NCBI GenBank assembly: GCA_050692535.1
Contig: JBOGVL010000001.1
Span: 1 to 41,252, forward strand
Direction of reading: 5' to 3'
From: Actinomycetota bacterium
GTDB lineage: Bacteria; Actinomycetota; UBA4738; HRBIN12
DNA: 41,252 nucleotides
Numbering within the stretch: position 1 is the stretch's first letter; every line of letters begins with the position of its first letter. The translations under genes were made by a program, and so were the position numbers. Below the pieces are notes generated by a model that did not search any database, was not told the origin of the DNA, and saw nothing but the letters and a program-made list of their open reading frames with translations. Positions 17,513 through 27,562 of the stretch are shown here, one piece after another.

Positions 17513-18277
17513 ATGACGGATGAGTACACGGATGCTACCTACGGCGACCGGATCGCTGAGGCCTATGACGAGCGGTACCAAGCATCGTTCGCGGAGGACA
17601 CCGTCGCCGCGGTCTCGTTCTTGAAAGAGTTGGCGTTGGATAGCCCCGCACTCGAATTGGGGATCGGGACCGGACGCCTAGCGCTCCCGCTCGCCGAAGC
17701 GGGAATCGACGTGCATGGAATAGATGCATCCGAGGCAATGGTCGCCAAGCTGAAGTCCAAACCCGGAGGTGGTCGCATCCCGATTACGATCGGGAGCTTT
17801 GCGGACTTCTCGCTCGAGACTCGGTTCCGGCTCGTTTATGTGGCCTTCAACACGTTCTTCGGGCTCCTCACGCAGGACGAGCAGATCTCCTGCTTCGCGG
17901 CGGTGGCACGGCACCTCACGCCCGACGGCGTCTTCGCGATGCAAGCGTTCGTGCCAGACGTCACGCGGTTCGACGTCCACAATCAGCGTGTAGCCGCAGA
18001 CTCGGTGGGCATCGACGAGGTCGCCCTCGAGACCTCGACTCACGACCCGTTCACTCAACGAACCGATAGCGCGTACGTAGTGATTCGCGACGGAGGCGTC
18101 CGGTTGTACCCGGTGAGGATCCGCTACGCGTATGTGTCCGAACTGGATCTCATGGCCCGTCTAGCGGGTCTCAGGCTGCGCGACCGCTGGGCCGGATGGG
18201 ACCGAGAACCATATCCGTCGCGGAGCTGGACCCACGTGTCCGTGTGGGAGAAGAACGAGCTCGACCGGCCTGCCTAA
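17513..18277 (+). CDS. Class I SAM-dependent methyltransferase
   Basis: ATG 17513. SAM motif I is ALELGIGTGRLALPLA. Confidence 0.9.
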   Translation: MTDEYTDATYGDRIAEAYDERYQASFAEDTVAAVSFLKELALDSPALELGIGTGRLALPLAEAGIDVHGIDASEAMVAKLKSKPGGGRIPITIGSFADFSLETRFRLVYVAFNTFFGLLTQDEQISCFAAVARHLTPDGVFAMQAFVPDVTRFDVHNQRVAADSVGIDEVALETSTHDPFTQRTDSAYVVIRDGGVRLYPVRIRYAYVSELDLMARLAGLRLRDRWAGWDREPYPSRSWTHVSVWEKNELDRPA

Positions 18278-18534
18278 GGGCGTTGTCCGCCGATCGAGAT
18301 GTGGCAACCGGCCTCCTCAACTGGCGATATCCATAGTGCTTTGTGCGCCAGCCCGTGGGGGAGTCGTGCATAGCCCCGTCATCGAAGACCAGCCGCACGT
18401 GGCTGCGGCCGGCGTCCATGACGTAGATGGCGAGGCCCTGAACTCCACATGCCCCTCGGATTCGAGCTCGGCGGGCGTGGCACCGCGAGAGCCATCCGCG
18501 TGCATGACGTGCTCCGGTCGGTAGATTGGCTCGA

Positions 18535-19110
18535 ATGGCGTTCGCAGTGCACCCGGTCACGAAGGAGCGGTGGCTCGACCTCGTCGAGCTGTTTGATCGG
18601 CCGATCGTTCGAACCTGCTTCTGCATGTTCTACCGGAAGACCGGAACGGGCACCGGCGTCGGCCCGGAGAACCGGCAGGCGATGAAGGCCCTGGTGAACC
18701 GGGGCACCGTGCCGGGGCTCATCGGATACGAGAACGGCGTCCCGGTCGCTTGGGTCTCGATCGGGCCCCGAGAGGACTTCGCGAAACTCCGCCGGTCCCC
18801 CGTCATGAAGCCCGTGGACGACCGACCGGTGTGGTCGATCGTGTGTTTCTTCGTCGACCGGGAGGCCCGTGGCCGCGGCCTGTCAGAGCGGATGCTCCGG
18901 GCAGCCGTGGACTACGCACGGTCGTGCGGCGCCCGCCTCGTAGAGGCGTATCCGGTGGACAAGGACGAACGAAGCCACCCGGATGACATGTTCTTCGGCG
19001 CGAAGGCCATGTACGACCGCGCGGGGTTCCGGGAAGTGGCCCGACGAAGGCCCACCCGGCCGGTGGTGCGCAAGGCGCTTCGGCCCGGAAGCTCCTCGAA
19101 GCGACCGTGA
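18535..19110 (+). CDS. GNAT family N-acetyltransferase
   Basis: MAFAVHPVTKERWLDLVELF...CFCMFYR...REARGRGLSERML. The alternative TTG start at 18526 is 3 codons upstream. Confidence 0.8.
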   Translation: MAFAVHPVTKERWLDLVELFDRPIVRTCFCMFYRKTGTGTGVGPENRQAMKALVNRGTVPGLIGYENGVPVAWVSIGPREDFAKLRRSPVMKPVDDRPVWSIVCFFVDREARGRGLSERMLRAAVDYARSCGARLVEAYPVDKDERSHPDDMFFGAKAMYDRAGFREVARRRPTRPVVRKALRPGSSSKRP

Positions 19111-19153
19111 CCCCGAGATTGACGACGAACCCAGCTGGGATGCCGAGTGCTCG

Positions 19154-20056
19154 TCAGGGCAGCACGAGGACGCGCTGGACCGGCTGAAGCTCGGAGGCGC
19201 GCTCGTCCCAGCTCGCACCCTGGTCGGTCGAACCGTAGACGCGTCCGTCAGAGGTGCCGAACGCGGCGAAGGAGCCGTCGGGGAGCGCGTCGAGGCAATA
19301 GGTGTCGATGTTGTCCTCGAACCTCTCGGGAAGCCCGGCGCGGCAGCGCTCGAAGGTGCCGCCGGTGAGTTTCCCCCGATAGACGGCGGCGCGTCCGCCG
19401 CGAGGCCCGTTCGAAGCAGACACCAGGACGGCGTCGCCGCAGACCGCGACGGCTCGCGAGTAGCGCGCCTCGAGTCCGTCGGTCCGATACGTCCACGTGG
19501 CGCCGCGGTCGGTGCTCCATGCGAGCCCGCCTGCGCACGCAGCGAGCACCATGCCCTCGGCGGTCGTGACGTGGTGAACGTCGGCGTCGATATCGATCGT
19601 CGGCGTCCACGTCTCGCCGCCATCGTCCGTGCGAAGGATCCCGCCCACATGGACGTTGGCGTAGACGTCGTCGTCCCAGTTGGCGATCGAGCGAGTATCC
19701 GGCGGCCCGCCCCACGGCGTAAACCAGGTCTCCCGGCCTTCTGCGTGATCGAACGCGACGACTGGTTCGAGCGCTTCGCCTGCCAGCCGGAACAGGCGGG
19801 CCTCCGACGAGCCCACGAACACATCTGCGCCGATACCCGCGACACAGGTGGCGCGAAGGTCGTCGAGATCGGTGACGTGGTACCAGTCGGCGCCGGCCGC
19901 GTGCCAGAGCTCGGACGCGTCAACGATCGCCCAGAACTCCTCTCTCGCGCGCCCGAGCGCCGTCACCGACCGACCGACGTGATCCGGCCTCGGCGGCCGC
20001 CTTTGGTCGTCGAAGGTGTGCATCCCGTCCCGCGTCGCGACGAGGACCGCTGGCAT
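19154..20056 (-). CDS. BNR/Asp-box beta-propeller protein (cytoplasmic, no signal peptide)
   Basis: Three Asp-boxes are present: TDDGGETW, STDRGATW, STDQGASW. Confidence 0.7.
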   Translation of the reverse strand: MPAVLVATRDGMHTFDDQRRPPRPDHVGRSVTALGRAREEFWAIVDASELWHAAGADWYHVTDLDDLRATCVAGIGADVFVGSSEARLFRLAGEALEPVVAFDHAEGRETWFTPWGGPPDTRSIANWDDDVYANVHVGGILRTDDGGETWTPTIDIDADVHHVTTAEGMVLAACAGGLAWSTDRGATWTYRTDGLEARYSRAVAVCGDAVLVSASNGPRGGRAAVYRGKLTGGTFERCRAGLPERFEDNIDTYCLDALPDGSFAAFGTSDGRVYGSTDQGASWDERASELQPVQRVLVLP

Positions 20057-20400
20057 GATCCAATGCTCTCACCCGTCGGCGGTTCGAGCCGGCACCTCCC
20101 ACAAACGACGAGATCGACTGCCCGGACCTACAACGACGGGTCGACTGCCCGGACGACCGCAGCGGCCCGACGATCATGTTCGAGGCCTCGGCAACTGACG
20201 CCTGGATGGGCGAGGGTCGGGAAATGTACCCCGGGGGTCTCGTCGCCCAACGGGTTCCCACGGCCGCGCCCAGACCTTGTCCCGCCACCGCCACCTCGCG
20301 CCCGCCGAGCATAGACGACGGCCCGGGGAAGAGGTTCACCGGCGCCGGTAGGTCGGCTCGTCGGGGTGAGCTGATCGCAACCGCTGGTGTAGCGATCCTG

Positions 20401-20790
20401 CTAGGGCTTCTCGAACAGGCCAATCACGTTGCCTTCGGTGTCCTTCGAGTAGGCGTACGCCCCGAGTTCACCCATCGAGGTCCGCGGCTTCACGACGCTC
20501 CCGCCCTCGGCCTCGATCTTCTTGAGTGACTCGTCGATCGAATCCACCTGGACCGTGACGACCGGTGCCGGTGTATCCGACGAACGGTGCATCAGCCCCC
20601 CGTTGATGGCGCCGGGCTCAATCGGCGTGCGGTTCTCCATCGGACCCTTTTCGTCCACAGGCGTGGTGAGGACGAGCGTGTAGTCGGCCTCGTCCATCGG
20701 TACGATGCCCCACTCGAACACGGTGCCATAGAAGCCCCTCGCCCGTTCCACGTCGTCGACCGGTATCTCGAAGTGGACCACCTGATCCAT
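20401..20790 (-). CDS. VOC family protein (paralog of 1585-1971)
   Basis: ATG 20790 follows AGAAGGAGG. MDQVVHFEIPVDD...EPGAINGGLMHRSSDTP...SLKKIEAEGGSVV is colinear with the 1585 gene. Confidence 0.9.
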   Translation of the reverse strand: MDQVVHFEIPVDDVERARGFYGTVFEWGIVPMDEADYTLVLTTPVDEKGPMENRTPIEPGAINGGLMHRSSDTPAPVVTVQVDSIDESLKKIEAEGGSVVKPRTSMGELGAYAYSKDTEGNVIGLFEKP

Positions 20791-20975
20791 CTGCCGCCTC
20801 CTTCTGCGAGGGTTCAGACCCTGTTCAACCCATGTGGCCGCCGACACGGCGGCCACATAGCTACTCCATGACCCCGGCAACCGTGATGGCAACTCAAGGG
20901 TATGGTCCTGAGGTGCCCCAGGTTTCAGGAATGTCCCTCGGCGGGGGGCTGCAATCGGACGAACGCCCGGCTCTC

Positions 20976-21407
20976 CTAGGCCGAAGCCATCGATCCCTCG
21001 GTCACTTCCCCCTTGTGCGCCGCGAAGGCCGCCAGGACTTCATCCTTCTCACGCGGAGGGACCCCGAAGTGATCGAGCGAGCGTCCCAGCTCAGCCGCGA
21101 CCTCATCGAACTCCTCGGAGGTGATGTGAAGCTCGCGATGGGCTTCTTCCAACCCGAGGGGCGTGCTTCCCGGCTTCGTGGCAGCAAACGAGAGAGGTCC
21201 ACCGGCGACGTTGCAGACCCAGAGCGTGCGCATGAACTTCAGCCCCGGCAGCCTGTCCAGCTGGTTGGTATGCCACTCACGAAGCTCGGGGTTCTTCGAT
21301 CCTTGGCCGACGATGGGGTTCCGAACGACCGCATCGCTGAAGTGGTCGATCACCGCAGCGATGGCGAATACGCCACCCAATCGTTCGTACAGGCTGGGCT
21401 CTGCCAT
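20976..21407 (-). CDS. Group 1 truncated haemoglobin
   Basis: SLYERLGGVFAIAAVIDHFSDAV...HRELHITSEEFDEV is the 2-on-2 globin signature. A GAGAGGGGGG RBS is present. Confidence 0.85.
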   Translation of the reverse strand: MAEPSLYERLGGVFAIAAVIDHFSDAVVRNPIVGQGSKNPELREWHTNQLDRLPGLKFMRTLWVCNVAGGPLSFAATKPGSTPLGLEEAHRELHITSEEFDEVAAELGRSLDHFGVPPREKDEVLAAFAAHKGEVTEGSMASA

Positions 21408-21580
21408 GCTCGCCCCCCTCTCTTCGTTCCACGTGCCGTGCGGGCCGCCACATATCTGGATGGTCTACGTGCGGCACCTGGGATCGGTTCTTGTCTCGGG
21501 GCGACCGCGGAGAGGAACGTTCGGGTGGGCGAGTGTTCGCGAATGTGCCTCGAAGTCTGCGAATATCCGCGCCGAGGTTC

Positions 21581-22051
21581 TCAGGCGCTCCGAGCGCCGA
21601 CCGCTCGTACCGCCGCGAGGGCCAGAGGGGCCCCTTCGATGATCTGGAGTACCAGGAGCAGGACGGTCTGCCAGCGACCGAAGTGGGGTGCCGCTTCGAG
21701 TACTTGTCGCGTGATCGTAATCGCCAGGGTCAGCGCCACAGCGACGAAGACGCCGCCGGCGACGCCGACACGGTCCCGCTCTAAGTACAGGATTCCTACC
21801 GCTATCACCGCGGCGTTGGTCCACCATCCGAGAAAGAACGAGATCAGGCCTCGCAGGGGCAATCCCAACGAGAAGATGAACTCGGAGCCGCCGCCGTACA
21901 ACGGCAGCAGCGGTGGCAAGACGGCGATCAGGGCGGCCCCGGTAGCGAGGCGGACAATCTCGCGGTGTGGCTCCCTCCCCAGCGTCGTCCGCACGTTCCG
22001 GATGCTATTCGGTCGCGAAGTACAGGAGACGGACGCAGCAGGCTCGCCCAC
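21581..22051 (-). CDS. Hypothetical polytopic membrane protein
   Basis: The ORF has about 4 hydrophobic helices. The start is uncertain. Confidence 0.45.
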   Translation of the reverse strand: MGEPAASVSCTSRPNSIRNVRTTLGREPHREIVRLATGAALIAVLPPLLPLYGGGSEFIFSLGLPLRGLISFFLGWWTNAAVIAVGILYLERDRVGVAGGVFVAVALTLAITITRQVLEAAPHFGRWQTVLLLVLQIIEGAPLALAAVRAVGARSA

Positions 22052-22187
22052 GGGCCGTCCGATATCCGAGGATGTCTCGCCCTGGTGCCCCGAGGGTTTG
22101 CCCTCTGATCCCGAGCGGATGTCGGAGGCTCCGTCTCAAGCGCTGCAGGGATACGTAGCTGAATCGTCGCGATGGTCACTCAGGCGT

Positions 22188-22649
22188 TCATGGGGTGGGG
22201 AAGGCTGCTTCGATAGTGCTGAGGTGCTCACCTCGGTGGAGCGAACGGTCCACCAGGCGCTCTCGCCCTCCCTGCACAACCTCCGAAACGACATCGGCGT
22301 CGAGCGACCCGATGAGACCATCGATCTCTGCAGCCGCCGCGAGGCAGTCCTGGACGGCGGTTCGCGGCGGGATAGCGGCCCACTGTCGCAGGGACGAGTC
22401 ATTGATGAGCTCCAGAAGATCGTCGTCGAAGGAACGAGGTGTGCGACTCGCCATGGTTGCGGCCAGCAGCCACCTGGCGCGAACGAATCGATCCCAGAAC
22501 GCCATATGGGCATAGAGCGCCGCGGCGGTCCATGGCGGGTCGATGGTCTGGCTGAGTTCCTCATCCGAGAGCCGCACGCCCAATGCTCGCAGCCGATCCA
22601 CCGCTGCGTGATTTCGGTCCTCGATCACCCGCCGAGCCGTCGCCTCCAT
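22188..22649 (-). CDS. DinB-family protein
   Basis: 153 aa. YAHMAFWDRFV ... HRGEHLSTIE are His-containing helix motifs typical of DinB-like bundles. Confidence 0.7.
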   Translation of the reverse strand: MEATARRVIEDRNHAAVDRLRALGVRLSDEELSQTIDPPWTAAALYAHMAFWDRFVRARWLLAATMASRTPRSFDDDLLELINDSSLRQWAAIPPRTAVQDCLAAAAEIDGLIGSLDADVVSEVVQGGRERLVDRSLHRGEHLSTIEAAFPTP

Positions 22650-22775
22650 CGGTGTCTGTCAACCTACACGGCAGCCGGCGATCGAATCGAGCGTGAGAGG
22701 GCTTGTAAGCCAAGAGGGCTGCTGCAAATGCGGTGTTGAGTTGACGAACGTGCCGAGTGAGACTCCCCAAGGAGC

Positions 22776-23249
22776 GTGGAGGCAGCCGACCCGCGGAGGG
22801 GAGGGACGGTGAGCGAGCCCGAGGACATCACGACCCCAACCGGCGTCATTCACTACGGGGGTCCTTGTCGGGACGACTACGACAACATCGAGGTGTACGA
22901 CCAGCCGCCCGAGGGCGGGAGCCCGATCAAGCTCCAGAAGGCCGCGCTCGAGGCGTTTCGGGGTGCGGAGCGCGCCTACGGCGTGGCCACCGATCGTCCT
23001 TCGGGGGAACGCCGAATCCAGCTCACAGGCTCGTGGCGCTCCTGTTCCTACCAGCGCGAGCTGTTCGCGAAGGACCCGGCCCGTTACGCCGACCCCGACG
23101 TGACGGGCCACACTCGGGGCATCGCGATCGACGTCTCGACGGCCGTGCCGAACCCGGAGCTCATTGCTCGGTGCCTTCGTGAGAACGGCTGGACGCGGAC
23201 ACGACCCGATGACGAGCCCTGGCACTGGTCCTATGGGGTGACTGTGTAG
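22776..23249 (+). CDS. Peptidase M15 (VanY / D-Ala-D-Ala carboxypeptidase-like) domain protein, no signal peptide
   Basis: SWRSCSYQRELF ... HTRGIAIDV ... EPWHW (SxHxxGxAxD-type Zn site). GTG 22809, which follows GGAGGGGAGGGA, may be the true start. Confidence 0.8.
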   Translation: MEAADPRRGGTVSEPEDITTPTGVIHYGGPCRDDYDNIEVYDQPPEGGSPIKLQKAALEAFRGAERAYGVATDRPSGERRIQLTGSWRSCSYQRELFAKDPARYADPDVTGHTRGIAIDVSTAVPNPELIARCLRENGWTRTRPDDEPWHWSYGVTV

Positions 23250-23371
23250 GCGGCGTCTTTGCAAAGAGTCAGCTACGCCGGCCGGTCGCACGGATCACTC
23301 GCGCTGCCATCCGGCGAACGTCATACGCCTGCAGGAGGGTGGTACAACGCTGAGGTTGTGATACCGACCGA

Positions 23372-23866
23372 CTAGCGGGAGCGGCGTCGGCGACGTGCGA
23401 GGGCGAGCGCGCCGACGACGGCAACCGCGCCGAGAACGGGCAGCGGCGCCGACACTCCGGGGGCGTCCGGGGAACGAGTCGCCGGTGCCGCCGCCTCCGG
23501 TGCCGCGACGTCGAACCCGATCGCGGCGCCCTGCTCACAAGGTGACGGTGCCCACAGGCAGATGTTCCATCGTCCGACGGTCGGGATCTCGACCGTGCCC
23601 TCGTAGACGGTGGGACGGACTTGAGCGAGCCGCATCGGGACTCCGTCGAGGAGCCGACCGCCGTTGGGGAAGGCCCAGAGGAAGTGGTTCCACGGCCGGG
23701 GCGCCGGCCGGTCGAGGCGGACGATGACCTCCAACGGCTCGCCCGCGACCTGGATGCCGGGTTCGATCTCGACGGTGAAGTCCGTCGGCACCTTCGCGGC
23801 CGCAGGCGTCGGGAGGAGGACTGCCAGCGCGAGCAGCGCCGCGCCCACCACGTTCCTGAACCTCAC
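23372..23866 (-). CDS. Secreted hypothetical protein with C-terminal TM anchor and RRRRR tail
   Basis: GTG 23866. It has the signal peptide VRFRNVVGAALLALAVLLPTPAAA and the C-terminal anchor PLPVLGAVAVVGALALARRRRRSR. Confidence 0.55.
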   Translation of the reverse strand: MRFRNVVGAALLALAVLLPTPAAAKVPTDFTVEIEPGIQVAGEPLEVIVRLDRPAPRPWNHFLWAFPNGGRLLDGVPMRLAQVRPTVYEGTVEIPTVGRWNICLWAPSPCEQGAAIGFDVAAPEAAAPATRSPDAPGVSAPLPVLGAVAVVGALALARRRRRSR

Positions 23867-24187
23867 GCCCTCACTACGCGCGGTCGTTGCCCGTGGTTCC
23901 ACGTTGCGCGAGGGAACAACCGCACACACTCCCTGGTTCTACTAGTCGTGAACGGGTGAAGGACTTCCTCGTCGGCTCCGGGGACCTGCTGCGCTGCCTT
24001 CTTCGCGCGGATCCTCAGCCGGCGGGTCCGCCGAACCCATGGAGAACTGATGGGCGCCCGACGCAAGTACCTCAACTTGGACCTCGAGCCGCGGTCCGCG
24101 GAACGCATCACTCGGTCATGTACCACTTGACGTCGCGCGGGCGGGGGGCGGATGGTGATCCGGCCCGCGCGAGGGGTTGGTGGATAC

Positions 24188-25108
24188 GTGAAGGTTATCG
24201 ACGGCAACGCGCTGGCGAAAGAGCTCCACGCGAGCATCGAGGACGAGCTCCAGATCCTTCGGATGTCGGCGGTGCAACCTGGGCTCGCTACGGTTGTCAT
24301 CGGCGAAGACTACGGAGCACGGTCGTACGAGCACCATGTTCGCCGCTTGGCGGAGGAGCTCGAGTACGGGTACGTGTGCGAGCATCTGGCACCGGATGCA
24401 GAGCTCGCCGAGGTGATCGCCACGCTCGGCAAGCTGAACGCCGATCCGAGGATCACCGGGATCCTCGTCCTTCAGCCGCTTCCTCGGCACCTGCCCGAGG
24501 CGGAGATCAACTCGGCCTTGGACCCACTCAAGGACATCGAGGCAGTGCACCCCGTGAACGCCGGGCTCCTCGCGCAGGGACGACCCCGGTTCGTACCATC
24601 CTCCGCCGCCGCGTGCTTCTACATCTTGGACTCGTACATCCGGTCGGAGGGTTACGACCCGGCTGGGTTCTACCGGGGACGCACTCTGGTCATCGTCGGG
24701 CGCTCCAACGGCGTAGGCAAGCCCGCGCAGTGGCTCGGCTTGCAGCGCGACGCGACGGTCGTGACATGTCACACGGGCACCGACGAAGCCGGGCGGCTGG
24801 CCGACTTCACGCGCCAGGCGGATGTCCTCATCGCCGCCGCAGGCGTGCCGGCGCTCGTCACGGGGGGCATGGTCCGCGAGGGCGTGATCGCCATCGACGT
24901 GGGGATCAACGCGTTGAAGGATCATTCGACAGGCGATATCCATATGGTCGGCGACTTGGACTTCGAGGGCGTTGGGGCGAAGGCGGAGGCGATCACTCCC
25001 GTTCCTGGTGGGGTGGGCCCGGTCACGGACGTATGGCTCGTCGGAAACACGCTCACCGCCGCCGCGATGGCAGCCAGGGTGGAGCCCCGGTTCGGCACGC
25101 GACGGTGA
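24188..25108 (+). CDS. folD: Bifunctional methylenetetrahydrofolate dehydrogenase/cyclohydrolase
   Basis: The GTG 24188 product reads VKVIDGNALAKEL...GLATVVIGED...ILVLQPLP...VIVGRSNGVGKP...TPVPGGVGP, colinear with FolD. Confidence 0.9.
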   Translation: MKVIDGNALAKELHASIEDELQILRMSAVQPGLATVVIGEDYGARSYEHHVRRLAEELEYGYVCEHLAPDAELAEVIATLGKLNADPRITGILVLQPLPRHLPEAEINSALDPLKDIEAVHPVNAGLLAQGRPRFVPSSAAACFYILDSYIRSEGYDPAGFYRGRTLVIVGRSNGVGKPAQWLGLQRDATVVTCHTGTDEAGRLADFTRQADVLIAAAGVPALVTGGMVREGVIAIDVGINALKDHSTGDIHMVGDLDFEGVGAKAEAITPVPGGVGPVTDVWLVGNTLTAAAMAARVEPRFGTRR

Positions 25109-25241
25109 CCGCGTGCGGCGGAGTCAAGGGTTACCTCCTGCCGGATCGGAAAGGGAGACCAACGGGTCTGGTCAGGGACCGGATCGGTGCCCCCGGGCAG
25201 GAATCCATCGGGTAGCGGTCAGCCGACTCTCCCGGGCGAAG

Positions 25242-25592
25242 TCAGCACGTCACATGGAGAATCGCATTGGTGTCTTTCCGCGCTCGCCCCAGTTCCTCGA
25301 GGGCCTGGGGCGTCGGGAGAACCAGCAACTGCACGCCTCGCCGCCTGGCGTCCTCGGCGACCTCTTCCATCACGGGAAGCGCCCCGTCGGCTCCGCTCCC
25401 GACGACCAGACGCTGGCAGCTCCAGGGGATGTCCTCGGCCAAGGACAATGGCGTATGGCCATACCGCGTCCGAAACGGTTTGGAGGGCCCCTTCCGGCGC
25501 TTCCGGACTCGCCCACGATCGACCACGAGGTCGTGCTCGTAGATCTTCCCGTCGACCTCGATCGATCCGAATGCGAACCGTCCGAAGCGCAT
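25242..25592 (-). CDS. Mth938-like (DUF498) domain protein
   Basis: 116 aa, MRFGRFAFGSIEVDGKIYEHDLVV...LVVGSGADGALPV. Confidence 0.75.
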   Translation of the reverse strand: MRFGRFAFGSIEVDGKIYEHDLVVDRGRVRKRRKGPSKPFRTRYGHTPLSLAEDIPWSCQRLVVGSGADGALPVMEEVAEDARRRGVQLLVLPTPQALEELGRARKDTNAILHVTC

Positions 25593-25749
25593 CTCTCCAA
25601 GAAGTGTAGGCCGAAACGCCGTCGGCGTGGATCACGCCACGGATGCAACGACAGCCTTCGACCGACAGTTTGGCCACATGAACTTGCACTCGGGGCACCG
25701 GACAGGGGGTTCCCTGCTGGTCCAACCCATTCGGCGGTACTCTCACGCA

Positions 25750-26310
<561 letters not shown>

Positions 26311-26431
26311 CCATCGGGCTTGAGGACGTTGCGCGTCTCGTCGATAGCCTCTTGTCATGATCCAAGAAGGCGGCCGCAGTCTGACTCACCGTCGGGCTGA
26401 GGGTGGTCCCTTCAGCGCTCCTGCGCCTCCA

Positions 26432-26695
26432 TCACCGCCAACCCACCAACCCGACCTCCATCACCGCCAATCCGAAGAAGAACATCGGCAAGCCGATGAA
26501 CACAAGGAACACGCTCAATATCAGCATGAAGCCGGTAAGTGCGATTCCGAAGCCGACCCCCACGAGGAGGAGTCGCCCCAAGAGGTTTGGAACTGACACC
26601 TCCGGACGAGGTTCCTGACGGACCGGAGCAGGGTGCTTCTCCTCCAGCCGGGGTGGTGGGATCGGTCTCCCGACTACACGTTCCTCGGTCTGCAT
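26432..26695 (-). CDS. Small membrane protein (hypothetical)
   Basis: ATG 26695 follows AAGGACGGAG (alternative ATG 26713). The C-terminal half has two hydrophobic helices. Confidence 0.5.
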   Translation of the reverse strand: MQTEERVVGRPIPPPRLEEKHPAPVRQEPRPEVSVPNLLGRLLLVGVGFGIALTGFMLILSVFLVFIGLPMFFFGLAVMEVGLVGWR

Positions 26696-26791
26696 GTCTC
26701 CGTCCTTTCCCAATGCCCTTCACGCATCTCTTCCATGGAGACGAAGCAGCGGCCCCTCCTGTGACATAGCCAATCGTGATGTGGCCGCAAG

Positions 26792-27082
26792 ATGGTCTCG
26801 CCGAGGTCCCAGGGGGTGACGTGTTCGGCTCAACGGGAACGGGAGATTCTCGTGCACGCCGTCCGCGCCGTCACCGAGCCGGCAGCCAAGACCGACGACC
26901 TGGTCGACGAGGCGATCGCCGTCGGGCTCGGCCGCTCTGATCCGCTCGTGGCCCACGCGAAGATGCTCCGGCTCGAGCTGCTCAAGGTGAAGGCCAACCT
27001 CGAGCGGGAGCTCGGCACGCTTTCCTTGCTCCGCCAGGGCCGCTCGCTGCTTCCGCTTGGCTCCGACTCGCCCGTCGGCTAG
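26792..27082 (+). CDS. Hypothetical small protein, paralog of 2160-2471
   Basis: The core ILVHAVRAVTEPAAKTDDLVDEAIAVGLGRSDPLVAHAKMLRLELLKVKANLEREL aligns with the 2160 ORF at roughly half identical positions by eye. Confidence 0.5.
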   Translation: MVSPRSQGVTCSAQREREILVHAVRAVTEPAAKTDDLVDEAIAVGLGRSDPLVAHAKMLRLELLKVKANLERELGTLSLLRQGRSLLPLGSDSPVG

Positions 27083-27103
27083 GGCTCTGGGGTAACAACC
27101 CAT

Positions 27104-27165
27104 GTGCCTCCCGGGAGGAATCGAAATTCCGCGCGCGGTTGAGGAAGGTGCGGGAAGCGCTGGTT
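27104..27165 (-). repeat. Degenerate tRNA-3'-end-like copy A
   Basis: It contains the 16-nt core cccgggaggaatcgaa (27110-27125) shared with copies B and C. Its rc keeps AGCGCTTCCCG, a decayed CCC anticodon arm. Confidence 0.5.
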
Positions 27166-27254
27166 GCTCACGCTGAATGCCAGCGGTGTTGTGCGGCAGT
27201 CCTGTTCGTGCATTCGTGACCCGGCTCTCGGCGCCGTGTTTCCGCTGGTGAGAG

Positions 27255-27300
27255 TGGCCCCCGGGAGGAATCGAAACCTTCGACCAAGTGCAAACGAAAT
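27255..27300 (-). repeat. Degenerate tRNA-3'-end-like copy B
   Basis: tggcccccgggaggaatcgaaacc; the rc reads ...GAAGGTTTCGATTCCTCCCGGGGGCCA. The T-arm has one mismatch plus one extra T, and I could not build a cloverleaf. Confidence 0.5.
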
Positions 27301-27562
27301 ACCCCGCGAGGGCACCGAGTGCTGGTTCGGCAATCACGAACAATGCCACGCAGAAGGCGTGAAGACTCCAGAAGTACGCGAGTCCTGTCGTCGCGAGCGT
27401 GGTCGAGGATCCCGGCAGAGCTCACCTTCGACCTGATGCTCGACGGCCGAAGCGGCCCCGAGCGGGACTGTCGTAGGGTCGTACACGCACGCCTTCCCTT
27501 CGTCTGGAGGAAGCTTGGCGGATCGAGCGCAATACCGAACGCCGCGGGCCACGTAGCCACCG

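Noticed and set aside
18278-18525. A possible frameshifted gene remnant on the minus strand (PIYRPEHVMHADGSRGATPAELESEGHVEF / GLAIYVMDAGRSHVRLVFDDG).
   Set aside because: The two frames read plausibly for about 30 aa each, but I cannot match them to any family, so there is not enough evidence to call a pseudogene.
27104-27330. tRNA-Sec (selC) hidden in the tRNA-like copies A and B, which would have supported the TGA recoding idea.
   Set aside because: I found no UCA anticodon loop, no 8-bp acceptor stem and no long variable arm. The copies align best to the Gly(CCC) fragment.
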